From: Myxococcota bacterium
GTDB taxonomy: Bacteria; Myxococcota_A; Polyangia; Nannocystales; Nannocystaceae
Length of the DNA: 64,000 nt
Direction: 5' to 3'
Assembly (NCBI GenBank): GCA_039028615.1
Contig: JBCCHT010000006.1
Coordinates: forward strand, 32,001-96,000
A model generated the notes under the pieces. That model was given only the letters and a program-made list of their open reading frames with translations, made no database searches and was not told the origin of the DNA. Below are positions 48,288 through 57,745 of this stretch, piece by piece (position 1 is the first letter of the stretch; every line of letters starts with the position of its first letter). Position numbers and translations under genes: made by a program.

Positions 48288-49766
48288 ATGCTCGAGGCCT
48301 GCTTTCTCGGCCATCAGGGCTGGTTGCTGTCCAGCGCGTCGACGCGAGTACTCGTCGACCCCTTGCTCACCGACCGCTTCGGTCACGGCGGGGGGGTCGG
48401 CGTCGTTCATCCCCCGCGGCGAATCGACCTGTCCGCGTTCCCGCCCGTCGATGCGGTCATCCTCAGCCACGAGCACGACGACCACTTCGACGTGCCCTCG
48501 ATCCATCGCCTCGACCGCCGGATCCCGATCCACCTGTCGAGCCGAGCGTCGAACGCCTCGCGAGCGCTGCTGCGCGACATGGGGTTTACGGTGCATCCGC
48601 TGCGCCCCAACGCCACGCTGGCCGTCGGCGACCTGCGCTACCGCAGCTTCGTGGCCGACCACGTGCGCGGGCCGGTCGAAGACGAGTGGGGCGTGTTTCC
48701 GTTCCTGCTCTACGACACGGGCGGGCACGGCAGCGTGCTGTCGGCGATCGACGTCGAGCCCCGCGACGACGGGCTGGCGCAGCTCGGTCGCCTCGCGCCC
48801 CCGGGGCTGTGGTGCTACGCGAACAACACGACCGACAGCCGCTTCCAAGACGCTCTGCGCGGGCCCTCGGCCGCGCCCCCGACCGACGACACTCCCCTGC
48901 TGGCACGGGTGGTCGCGCGGCGTCACGCGCAGATCGAGCAGGCATGGGGGCACCCCTTGGCCACGCTCGTCGGTGGTGCGGGTTGGGCCTTCGAAGGAGA
49001 CCGCGCGTGGATCAACCACCACGCATTTCCCATCGATCCGAACCGGCTGTGCGAGGCGCTCGCCCGGGCGTGCCCGTCCGCTTCGTTCACCGCTCCCGTC
49101 CCCGGTGAGACCTTCGTGCAGCACGAGGGCCGACTGCTCGCCGAGCGCCCCCGGGCCCCGTTCATCGCGGTTCCTCCTCGCTCCCAGTGGCCGACGCGGA
49201 CCCATGACCCGACCGTCCCCGTCCGCGACCACGCGCCTGTGCTGAGCGGCCGTGCCTTCGGCGAGGCACAGCTGCAGACGCTCATCGATGAGCTCGGCGA
49301 CTTTGCCCGCTACCTCTACGGCGGTGCGGTGTTTCGGGCCCTGCAATCGCTGACCGAAGACGACCTCCACGGTCGACGGTGCGCCCTGGCCATCGCCCTG
49401 CGCCGCGCCGATGGCCCGCCCTACGTGCTGCGCTACGAACCCGAAGCCTGCGGCTTCACTCGTCAACCAAGCACCGACGCGATCGAAGAGTTTGCCTCCG
49501 GTCTCGAGTGCTGGGGCGCCGACCTGCTCGGCCTGATGCGAGGGGAGCTCGGGGTGAGCGCACTATGCTTCGCCGGCCGCATGCGGGTGTGGAATCACGC
49601 TCCCCGGCGGCTGCGTTGGTCCCCCCACGACTTGTGGATGTTCGGGCACCCGCTCCGACGGCCGGCCGCGGCCACACAGCTCTACCGCGTGCTGCGGGCC
49701 CAGCTGCCCGAGTCTACCGAGCGCGTGCGATTTTCCGGCTCGGCCCCCGTAGGGCGGCCCGACTGA
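48288..49766 (+). CDS. MBL-fold metallo-hydrolase (UlaG-like) with extended C-terminus
   Basis: FLGHQGWLL, VLVDPLL, DAVILSHEHDDHFD. Confidence 0.8.
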   Translation: MLEACFLGHQGWLLSSASTRVLVDPLLTDRFGHGGGVGVVHPPRRIDLSAFPPVDAVILSHEHDDHFDVPSIHRLDRRIPIHLSSRASNASRALLRDMGFTVHPLRPNATLAVGDLRYRSFVADHVRGPVEDEWGVFPFLLYDTGGHGSVLSAIDVEPRDDGLAQLGRLAPPGLWCYANNTTDSRFQDALRGPSAAPPTDDTPLLARVVARRHAQIEQAWGHPLATLVGGAGWAFEGDRAWINHHAFPIDPNRLCEALARACPSASFTAPVPGETFVQHEGRLLAERPRAPFIAVPPRSQWPTRTHDPTVPVRDHAPVLSGRAFGEAQLQTLIDELGDFARYLYGGAVFRALQSLTEDDLHGRRCALAIALRRADGPPYVLRYEPEACGFTRQPSTDAIEEFASGLECWGADLLGLMRGELGVSALCFAGRMRVWNHAPRRLRWSPHDLWMFGHPLRRPAAATQLYRVLRAQLPESTERVRFSGSAPVGRPD

Positions 49767-49857
49767 CCCGAGGCCAGCCCGCTCCTCGCCGAAATCTCGC
49801 CCATCGCCGCCGAGATGGCCACCTGGGCTTGGACCCCTCCACGGTTTCGCGGTACGC

Positions 49858-50970
49858 ATGCTTGTCCCCGTGCTCGTGTTTCCGCTGCTCGCCGTCCTCG
49901 CTGCCGAGCCCGCATCGCCGGCTCCCGTGCCCGTGGCCCCCGACCAAGGGACCACGGAGACGCCGTCGGCCCCTGGCGACCCCTCCACAGTCCCCACGCC
50001 GCCGGTCCTGCCCGAGCCGCCGCCCACCGAGCCCGAGCCGGCCCCCGCTCCTCCGCTGCGCTGGTCCGCGCCCGTCAGCTGTCCGTCGCCCGACGCCGTA
50101 CAACGAGGCATCGAGCAGCGCCTCGGTCGGCGATTGCTCGAGCGCGAGGTCGAGGCCCGGGCCGAGATCACCGAAGACGCGCAGGGCTATCACCTGACGC
50201 TACGAACCACGACCTCGGGCTTCTCCGAGGAGCGCACCTTGAGCGCGAACGACTGCGTGGCCCTGGCCGACGCCACCGCGCTGATGATCGCGCTGGCGAT
50301 CGACCCGGTGGCGGTCGCCAGTGCAATCGAACCCTGGGAGCCGAGCGAGCCCGAGGCCGATCCGCCGACCTCCGCCCCCGCTGTCAACGAACGAGCGCAC
50401 CCCACCGAGCCCGCCGGCACCACGCCTCCCGCCAACGAGCCCTCGCGACGCCTGCAGGGCGGCATGCTCCGGCTCGCCGCCAACCTCGGGCTGGGGGCAC
50501 TGCCCGCCGTCAGCGGTGGTCCGGCTCTCGCCGCCGGCCTACGCTGGCAACGAGCCCGCATCGAGCTCGAAGGTCACTACTTTGTCCCGCGTGGCAGCAC
50601 CCCCGTCGACGGCGCGAGCGTGAACGTCCAGCTCGGCACCGCCACCGTGCGCGGGTGCGGGCAGCTGGCCCACGAGCGCATCGAAGCTCCGCTCTGCGGC
50701 GGCGTGCAGCTCGGCGGCATGCGAGGCGATGGCGACTCGACCCCCGGCGCTCGGACCGGCGTCGGGCTGTGGTTCGCCCTCGAGGCGAGCATCGGCCTGT
50801 CGTGGTGGTTCCGTCCGCAGTGGGCTCTGTCGGGCGGCGTCGCCACGGCCGTGCCCATCGTGCGCCCCGGCTTTCAGCTCGACGACGAGCCCGCCGTCGA
50901 GTTGTTCGAGCCTTCGTCGGTCGCCGGTCGCGTGTGGCTCGGCATCGAAGTCCGCATGCCCTCGCCCTGA
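49858..50970 (+). CDS. Putative outer-membrane beta-barrel protein, paralog of 44407-45474
   Basis: LRWSAPVSCPS...DCVALADATALMIALAIDP; C-terminal strands ending LGIEVRMPSP. Confidence 0.72.
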   Translation: MLVPVLVFPLLAVLAAEPASPAPVPVAPDQGTTETPSAPGDPSTVPTPPVLPEPPPTEPEPAPAPPLRWSAPVSCPSPDAVQRGIEQRLGRRLLEREVEARAEITEDAQGYHLTLRTTTSGFSEERTLSANDCVALADATALMIALAIDPVAVASAIEPWEPSEPEADPPTSAPAVNERAHPTEPAGTTPPANEPSRRLQGGMLRLAANLGLGALPAVSGGPALAAGLRWQRARIELEGHYFVPRGSTPVDGASVNVQLGTATVRGCGQLAHERIEAPLCGGVQLGGMRGDGDSTPGARTGVGLWFALEASIGLSWWFRPQWALSGGVATAVPIVRPGFQLDDEPAVELFEPSSVAGRVWLGIEVRMPSP

Positions 50971-51275
50971 CGGGTGGCCCGTGGCCCCCACGTTGGGGGC
51001 GGTGATTTCCGTCCCGATCGCGAACGGAGGCAACGGTTGTATCCACCCTCCCTGCGCCTCGATGCGATGAAATCGAGGAAATCTCGCGTTGATTTGAAAG
51101 TCCTGGCGGTCGGACGGAACTCCCCCTTCGACGGCCGCTCCCACGGGAAGGCCGACGTGAAGTGAGCACCGTATTGGGGGTGTCACATTCACGACTATGA
51201 ATGGCGGGCCTCGAAGCAGTGCACGGGGATGGATGGGTGCACGGAGGCGGCCGCCGCAATGACGAAGGTCCAACG

Positions 51276-52382
51276 ATGAACGAACGCGGACGAACCAACT
51301 CTCATGTTCTCGCCTTATCCACGGTCATGCTCGGTCTGAGCCTCGGTATGGGAGGCTGCACCGAAGCGCTGGACGACGCCGATCTCGACAAGGACGCCCT
51401 GGTCGTCGAAGACGTGGGCGATGGGACGGTGGAGCTCGAGCTCACCGATGACGGCGCCCGCGGGCACTACTTTCACGCCGACGCCGAGGTCCGCTTCGAG
51501 GCCGCCATCGACGAGGACACGGAAGAGGTCACCCTGGAGCTGCGCGGCATGATGCTGCTGCTCACCATCGATCGCGAGACCGGAGCCTTCGACGTCGACG
51601 GTTTCTCGGCCGACAACGGGCTCGACACTCAGATCCTGCCCGAGGACAAGCAGCTCATCGCCGCCTTCGACCAGGCCCTCGGGGCGCTCGAGCTGGAAGA
51701 AGGCGAGGGCGACCCGGCCGTCGACTTGCTCGTGCGCGCCGCGACGCTCTTCGGCGACTATGCCAGCTCTCTGCCGCTGCAGCGGGCGTTTTATGGCCGC
51801 CTCGATCGCAGCTCCAACCTCTGCGGCTCGGTCAATCGACCCGGCCAGGGCGTCAACACCAAGCGCTGGACCAACGCCACGCACGACTGCAACGACACCG
51901 CGGGCGACTGCAGCAACTGGTGGGGCTGCGACCGTTGGGACGACAACTCGACCGTCGACCACGTGTTCATGAGCATGCACCCCGATGGCAGCTGCGGCAG
52001 CGACACCTACTTCGGCGACTCCAGCACCGGCTTCTCGTGCCAGGGGCCGGATCACCCGGGCGGCAAGGAGTACGCCTACGGCGGCTGCTTCGGGCGCTGC
52101 GGGGCGGGATGCGGCTCGGGCACCCAGTTCACCCGCGCGTGTGTCGACCACGACCTGTGCGTCCGTTTCGGCCACTCCATCACCTCGATTTGGTGCAACG
52201 ACGAGTTCGCCGCGACCGGCTGGGACGTCATCAACGCCAGCCACTGCTCGGGCGCGCACTTCACCGTCGACTACAACTGGGCGGGCACCAGCCGCGAGAA
52301 CTCGTGCCCCACGAGCTGGAAGGACACCAACGACGGCTGTGACCACGGCTGCCAATTCATCGACGGAGACTGCTTCCGATGA
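51276..52382 (+). CDS. Cys-rich lipoprotein with PLA2-like CxxHDxC motif
   Basis: GMGGC lipobox-like; CFGRCGAGC...CVDHDLC...CNDEF; C-terminal CPTSW...DGCDHGC...DGDC. Confidence 0.78.
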   Translation: MNERGRTNSHVLALSTVMLGLSLGMGGCTEALDDADLDKDALVVEDVGDGTVELELTDDGARGHYFHADAEVRFEAAIDEDTEEVTLELRGMMLLLTIDRETGAFDVDGFSADNGLDTQILPEDKQLIAAFDQALGALELEEGEGDPAVDLLVRAATLFGDYASSLPLQRAFYGRLDRSSNLCGSVNRPGQGVNTKRWTNATHDCNDTAGDCSNWWGCDRWDDNSTVDHVFMSMHPDGSCGSDTYFGDSSTGFSCQGPDHPGGKEYAYGGCFGRCGAGCGSGTQFTRACVDHDLCVRFGHSITSIWCNDEFAATGWDVINASHCSGAHFTVDYNWAGTSRENSCPTSWKDTNDGCDHGCQFIDGDCFR

Positions 52383-52804
52383 AGCTCCAGCGTCTCGCGT
52401 GGCCTGCCGCCGTCGTCGCGGCCCTGCTCCAGACCGCCGCGTGCAGCGTCGATGACGACCCGGCCACGATGTCGGCCGCCGACACCCAGGCGAGCGAGCA
52501 ACGGGCCGCCGACGCGCTCGTCGTCCGCGTCTTCGATGCCTTCGCCCGCAAGGACTGCGACGCTCTCTCCCGCACCCTGGGGGAGTCCCTCCGCACCCCA
52601 ATGAGCGCCAAGCCGTGCGACGAGTTCCTCGCCCACGAGCCGCTCACCAACGCCGAGCTGAAGGCGGTTCACCGTGTCGAGGTCGATGGCCGTGACCCCA
52701 ACGCGATGTTGGTCACCGCGTCCATCGTCCAGTCCGGGCGCGAGCGCCCCATCGTGATTCGAGTAGGCCGAGAAGCCGACGCCCTGCGCGTCGTTGCCAT
52801 GTGA
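52379..52804 (+). CDS. Small lipoprotein (NTF2-like pattern)
   Basis: ATGA overlap with the upstream stop; LQTAAC lipobox-like; helix-helix-beta pattern. Confidence 0.65.
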   Translation: MKLQRLAWPAAVVAALLQTAACSVDDDPATMSAADTQASEQRAADALVVRVFDAFARKDCDALSRTLGESLRTPMSAKPCDEFLAHEPLTNAELKAVHRVEVDGRDPNAMLVTASIVQSGRERPIVIRVGREADALRVVAM

Positions 52805-52811
52805 GGACCTC

Positions 52812-53399
52812 ATGAGCGAAGCCACCATCCAACGTTGTCTCATCGTCGTCTCCGTCGTCGCCGCGCTCGGTCTCAGCGGCGCGGCCCTGTCGATGACCTC
52901 TGCCTCCGACTCGCGCACCGCCTCTTCGGCGAAGACCCCACCGATACGACGCGCCAAACTGGTCACCGCGGGCGGCGAGCGGCACCAGCCCCGTCGGGTG
53001 GCCTCGGCTCGCGACGTGCGAGCCCCCGCACCGACGGTTGCCGATGAAAAACACCGCGAACTCGAAGCCTCGCGAACGAAGGACCAACCGGTCCCGGCCG
53101 CCCTCGACCACGAAGGACCTCGTCCCGAGTCCGAGGTCGAGCTGGAGGCGACGCAGTCCGACGCCGAGCTCGAGCTGCCGGGCGCGGAAAAAGCACACCA
53201 GGCCCGGCGCTTGGCCAGTGCGCTCGAGACCCGAGCCGACAACGTCCGCGAGCGAATCGAGCAGGCCGAGGCCGACGGTGACGCGGAAGAGGCCGCACGT
53301 CAGCAGCGGATCCTCGTCCGGCTCGACACCCGCGCCGCCACCTTGACCCAGCACGCCGAGGCCTTCGACCAGCAGGACGAGGACGGCACCGAGCCGTGA
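52812..53399 (+). CDS. Hypothetical membrane-anchored coiled-coil protein
   Basis: GAGG RBS; N-terminal TM; C-terminal helical heptads. Confidence 0.6.
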   Translation: MSEATIQRCLIVVSVVAALGLSGAALSMTSASDSRTASSAKTPPIRRAKLVTAGGERHQPRRVASARDVRAPAPTVADEKHRELEASRTKDQPVPAALDHEGPRPESEVELEATQSDAELELPGAEKAHQARRLASALETRADNVRERIEQAEADGDAEEAARQQRILVRLDTRAATLTQHAEAFDQQDEDGTEP

Positions 53400-54493
53400 T
53401 GAGCCTGGCCCTCGTGCTCGCGCTCGGGTCCTCGAGCGAGCTGTCGGTGCCCGAGCACGGGGTCGCGGCCGTGGTGCCCCGCCGCGGCACGGTCGACGAA
53501 GCCTCGTCACAGGTGTTGTGCACGGCGGCGCTGGTCTCCGACCGCGCCCTGCTCACCGCGGGGCACTGTGTCGACGACGAGGCGCGGGGCACCCTGGAGC
53601 TGGCGTTCGGCCCGGACCCCGCCGACCCCGACGAGGTCCGACTCATCCGCGAGATCGTGCTGCACCCCCGGTACTCGACCACCGACAGCGCCTTCGACCT
53701 CGCGGTCCTGTGGCTCGACGAGCCTGTCACCCGGGCTCCGATCCCGCGGCACGAGGGCGCGCCAAACATCGACCTCGTGGGCGATTCGCTGGCGGTCGTC
53801 GGCTTCGGGAGCGGCGAGCAACGAGCGGGCACCGTCGTGCTCAGCGAAGTCGACGAGCACACGCTCACCTACGTCCCGGGGCCCGACATGACCTGCGGGG
53901 GCGACAGCGGGGGCCCGGTGTTGACGACCATCGATGGCGAGATGCGGCTATGGGGGATCACGTCGGCCGGGGATCGGGCCTGCGAAGCCTGGGGAGTGGC
54001 CGCGCAGATCGACGACCAGGTCATCGAGCTGCTCGCGGCCGAGCCCGAGGCCCCGCAGTGGCCGGTCGAGCCCGAGGCGATCTGCGAGCAGGGCTGTGTC
54101 GAAGACGCCGAGTGCCCCGGTGATCTGGTCTGCACCGACGACGGGCTCTGCGTCGTACGAGGGCTGGAGCCGGGGAACCTCGCCGGTCCGTGCACGAGCC
54201 CCGACGACTGCGCGTCCGGGCAATGTGTGACGATGGGCGCGAGCGCGCAGTGTCTCGAGCCATGCGCGGTCGAAGGCGAAGACGAGACCGTCGGCGCTCC
54301 CGCGGGCTGCACGATCGGTCGGGAACGCGGCGGCGGCTTCCCCCTCGCGCTCGTGCTGACGGTGCTCGGCTGGGGACTTTGCCGGCGCTCCTCGGCCGCG
54401 CAGGCGGCCGCGACTCAGCCCTCACGCTCGGTCAGCCAGGCCTCGATCTCGGCATACCGCTCGGGCCGAGCGGAGTCGGACCCGGGCGCATAG
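53396..54493 (+). CDS. Trypsin-like (S1) serine protease with Cys-rich repeats and MYXO-CTERM-like tail
   Basis: LTAGHC, FDLAVL and CGGDSGGP catalytic triad; GCTIG...LALVLTVLGWGLCRR tail; GTGA overlap. Confidence 0.9.
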   Translation: MMSLALVLALGSSSELSVPEHGVAAVVPRRGTVDEASSQVLCTAALVSDRALLTAGHCVDDEARGTLELAFGPDPADPDEVRLIREIVLHPRYSTTDSAFDLAVLWLDEPVTRAPIPRHEGAPNIDLVGDSLAVVGFGSGEQRAGTVVLSEVDEHTLTYVPGPDMTCGGDSGGPVLTTIDGEMRLWGITSAGDRACEAWGVAAQIDDQVIELLAAEPEAPQWPVEPEAICEQGCVEDAECPGDLVCTDDGLCVVRGLEPGNLAGPCTSPDDCASGQCVTMGASAQCLEPCAVEGEDETVGAPAGCTIGRERGGGFPLALVLTVLGWGLCRRSSAAQAAATQPSRSVSQASISAYRSGRAESDPGA

Positions 54494-57306
54494 AACTCCT
54501 TCGCCTGCCGGGCCAGCTCGAGCGCGCGCTCGCGATCGGAACCCGACTCCCACAACCCCTGGGCCTGCCACCAGTGCGCCGCAGTGACGATGGCCGCCTC
54601 GTCGCGCCCCTCCACCATCGCCAACGCTCGCTGAAGCTCCGACAGCCCCCGCTCGTGCGCGCCCGACGAGACGTGGAGCCGACCGAGAAACACCCGCGCA
54701 TTGGCGACCGCGGCGTCCTCGGGGCCCTTGGACGCCGCCAGCGTGTCCACCAGTTCCTGCTGTAGCTCCACGGCTTCCGCCCATCGCCCTCGGCCCTCCA
54801 GGTTCCGCACGACCTGCACCATCGCCCCCGTGACCAACGCGTGACCACGATCGTGGTGGGACCGCCGGATCTCCAGCGCCCGACGGCACCGCGGCGCCCC
54901 GGCCTCCAGGCTCTCCGCCCACTGGTGGGCCCGGCAGATGTTGGACAGGGTCTCCGCGACCGCCAAGTCGTCCGGCCCCATCGCGTCGACCTGGATCGCG
55001 AGCGCCCGCTCGTAGGTCGCGAGCGCCCGCTCGAAGTCCCCCCGCTTGCGGTAGATGATGCCGAGGTTGTTCAGGGTCCGCGCCAGCCGAGGATGATCGG
55101 GGCCCAGGGTTCGCTCGCGGATCTCGAGCGTCCGCTCGTTGAGCGCGATGGCCTCGTCGTTGCGATCCCAGACATAGTTGAGCACCGCGAGGTTGTTGAG
55201 GGTGTCCGCCACGTTGGGATGGTTGGGCCCCAGCACCCGCTCCCGCGTGGCCAGCGAACGCAGGTAGGCCTTCTCCGCCTCGGCATAGTCCTCGTTGTTG
55301 CGATGGACGACCCCCATGTTGTTGAGGATCTGCGCCACGTCGGGGTGGTCTTCACCGAGCAACGAGGTGCGAACTTCGAGCGCCCGCTGGTAGTCGGCCA
55401 GGGCCGCGTCGTAGTCCGTGCCACGGCGATGCACCATGCCGCGCACGTTGAACAAGGTGGCGTGCAAGAACCCGTCTTCGGCGTTCAGGTGGATCAGCAG
55501 CGACTCCGCGATGGCCGACCACCGGAGGCCGCCCTCCACGTCGCGCAGCTCGTAGCCCACGATCGCGCTCAGTCGGATCGCCGCATGGGCGGCCGTCTCC
55601 TCGTCGCCCGCCTGCAGCGCGAGATGAAAGGCGTGCTCCTGATCCTCGGCGGCCTTTCGGTACTCGCCGCGGTTTTCGTGGGCCGCCCCCTGCGATTGCC
55701 GGGCTCGGGCCCGCAGCGGGCCCCACCCGAGGACATCGGCCGCGACCACGGCATCGGTCGCCGCCGCGAAACCCTCGTCGTAGCGGCCCGCGTTCTTCAG
55801 CGCGGTCGCGCGAGCCATGAGGGTCTGCACCTCGTTGGCCGCCTGACGCGAGCGTTCGGCATCGGGCAAGGGCGGGCGTCGTCGCAGCCAGCCGTCGTCC
55901 GAGCACTGGCGGATCGGGGGCAGGCGGGCCACCGACTCGAGCACCCCGTACAGCGCCGGGCCTTCGAGCGTCGCGCTCACCTCCAACACGCCCTGCAACG
56001 AAATGCGGCGTTCGGCCAGGCACTGCTCGGTGAGCGCATGCAGCTCCGCGGAGCGGGTGCCCGCGATCGTGGTCGCCTCGCAGCTGGCCTGCCGCGCCTC
56101 CGACCACTCGGTGGTGTAGCCCTCGATCCACCCCCGCGTCTCGTCCCATGCCTCCTGGACGCCCTCGTCCGCAAAACGCTCTCCCAGGGCCGACTCGTTC
56201 GCAGTGCTCCACGCCGAGCCGATCTCTTCCGCCGCATCGCGACAGGCGTGCTCGGCCCGCGCCTGCTGCAGACGAATCGCCCCGAACGCCGTGGCCCCCA
56301 CTACCGCCACGCCGCCCAGCACCGCCCACCGCCGACGCTTGCGGGTCGGGTCCTGGCCCAGCGCGGTGAGCATGGCGCTCATGTCTTCCCAGCGGTCTTC
56401 GGGCGCGACCGACAGCCCGCGAACGACGACGGCGCGCAGCCATCGGGGCACGGTCGCGTTGGGGCTGGGGGGCCGTAGCTCGCCCTGACACACGCTGTAG
56501 GCCAGCGTCGCCATGTCGTTGCCCGGAAAGGGGCGCTCGCCGTAGAGCGCTTCGTACAGCGCGGCCGCAAACGCGAACTGGTCCGAGCGAGCGTCGGCCA
56601 GGCCTCCCAGGAACTGCTCCGGGGCCATGTACGCGGGCGTGCCCATCACCGCGCCGGCCATCGTCAGCGCGGGGTTGGATCTCGTGTCCGACTCGACCAC
56701 GACCGCGTCGGCACCGGATCCTCCATCGGAGGAGGGGTCGTCGCGCCGCGCGAGCCCGAAGTCCATGACCCGCGGCCGCCCCGAGTCGTCGACCATCACG
56801 TTGTCGGGCTTGAAGTCGCGGTGGACCAAGCCCTGGGCGTGGGCCGCCTCGAGCCCCCGCCCCGCGGCGCGGAACATCTCCAGCGTCTCGCGCCACGGGT
56901 GCGGCTGCTGCATCCACTCCGCCAGCGTGCTCCCGTCCACGAACTCCATGGCCAGGTAGACCCGCCGCTCGTGCTGCCCGACGTCGTGCACCGCCACCAC
57001 GTTCGGGTGCTGGAGCTGCGCCATCGACTGCGCTTCGCGGAGCAAGCGAGCCCGCCCGGTGGACGTCTTTGCGTCGTCGCGAGGCCCTGGTCGCAGCAGC
57101 TTCAGCGCGACCTTGCGATCGAGTTCGGGATCGTAGGCGGCATGCACGACCCCCATGCCTCCCGCCCCGATGCGACCCAGCAAGACATAGCGACCGATAT
57201 GATGACCGGTGAGGTCGGGCGCCTCCGGTCGAGCCCCAGCACCGGGGCTGCTCGGGTCTCCCGTGGCGGTCTCGCCGAGGAGCGTAGGCCCACCATCTGC
57301 GGTCAT
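54415..57306 (-). CDS. Ser/Thr protein kinase with TM segment and TPR repeats
   Basis: IGAGGMGVV, VALK, HRDFKPDN, DFGLA, GTPAYMAPE; repeats of the form LGxxHPxVAxxLNNL. Confidence 0.95.
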   Translation of the reverse strand: MTADGGPTLLGETATGDPSSPGAGARPEAPDLTGHHIGRYVLLGRIGAGGMGVVHAAYDPELDRKVALKLLRPGPRDDAKTSTGRARLLREAQSMAQLQHPNVVAVHDVGQHERRVYLAMEFVDGSTLAEWMQQPHPWRETLEMFRAAGRGLEAAHAQGLVHRDFKPDNVMVDDSGRPRVMDFGLARRDDPSSDGGSGADAVVVESDTRSNPALTMAGAVMGTPAYMAPEQFLGGLADARSDQFAFAAALYEALYGERPFPGNDMATLAYSVCQGELRPPSPNATVPRWLRAVVVRGLSVAPEDRWEDMSAMLTALGQDPTRKRRRWAVLGGVAVVGATAFGAIRLQQARAEHACRDAAEEIGSAWSTANESALGERFADEGVQEAWDETRGWIEGYTTEWSEARQASCEATTIAGTRSAELHALTEQCLAERRISLQGVLEVSATLEGPALYGVLESVARLPPIRQCSDDGWLRRRPPLPDAERSRQAANEVQTLMARATALKNAGRYDEGFAAATDAVVAADVLGWGPLRARARQSQGAAHENRGEYRKAAEDQEHAFHLALQAGDEETAAHAAIRLSAIVGYELRDVEGGLRWSAIAESLLIHLNAEDGFLHATLFNVRGMVHRRGTDYDAALADYQRALEVRTSLLGEDHPDVAQILNNMGVVHRNNEDYAEAEKAYLRSLATRERVLGPNHPNVADTLNNLAVLNYVWDRNDEAIALNERTLEIRERTLGPDHPRLARTLNNLGIIYRKRGDFERALATYERALAIQVDAMGPDDLAVAETLSNICRAHQWAESLEAGAPRCRRALEIRRSHHDRGHALVTGAMVQVVRNLEGRGRWAEAVELQQELVDTLAASKGPEDAAVANARVFLGRLHVSSGAHERGLSELQRALAMVEGRDEAAIVTAAHWWQAQGLWESGSDRERALELARQAKEFYAPGSDSARPERYAEIEAWLTEREG

Positions 57307-57745
57307 GCGCGAGCATCTTGCCTCACGCGCCCCGGCCGAGCACGACCTAACCCCGTTTCAGATCCAACGACGGCGGCACCAATGCGGGACCGTCGGGTGC
57401 TCCCTGAAACGAGGCGCGGCGCCGCCATGGGAACGAGCGACCGCTGGTCTCCCCTGCCCTCCGCTCGCCCCCTGCCGTATCCCGGTGAGCACGCGCCTGC
57501 GCCCCTTCGAATCCGGCCTCGTCACTTCGCCCTGGCCGCTCGTGACGAGGTGACGGGCCACCCCGCGGCACGGCGGATCGACCCGCGTCCCGCCTCATTG
57601 TCCTTGGCGGAGTTCCCAAACGATCTCGGGACATTGGCCGTGGGCCTCGGACCTCGCACGCCCGACGCCGCCCGCCCGACGGATGCGTAAGCTCCGCCGA
57701 TTGGGCTTGACCGAGACCACCCTGGGCTGTGTAGAAGCAAAGCAT

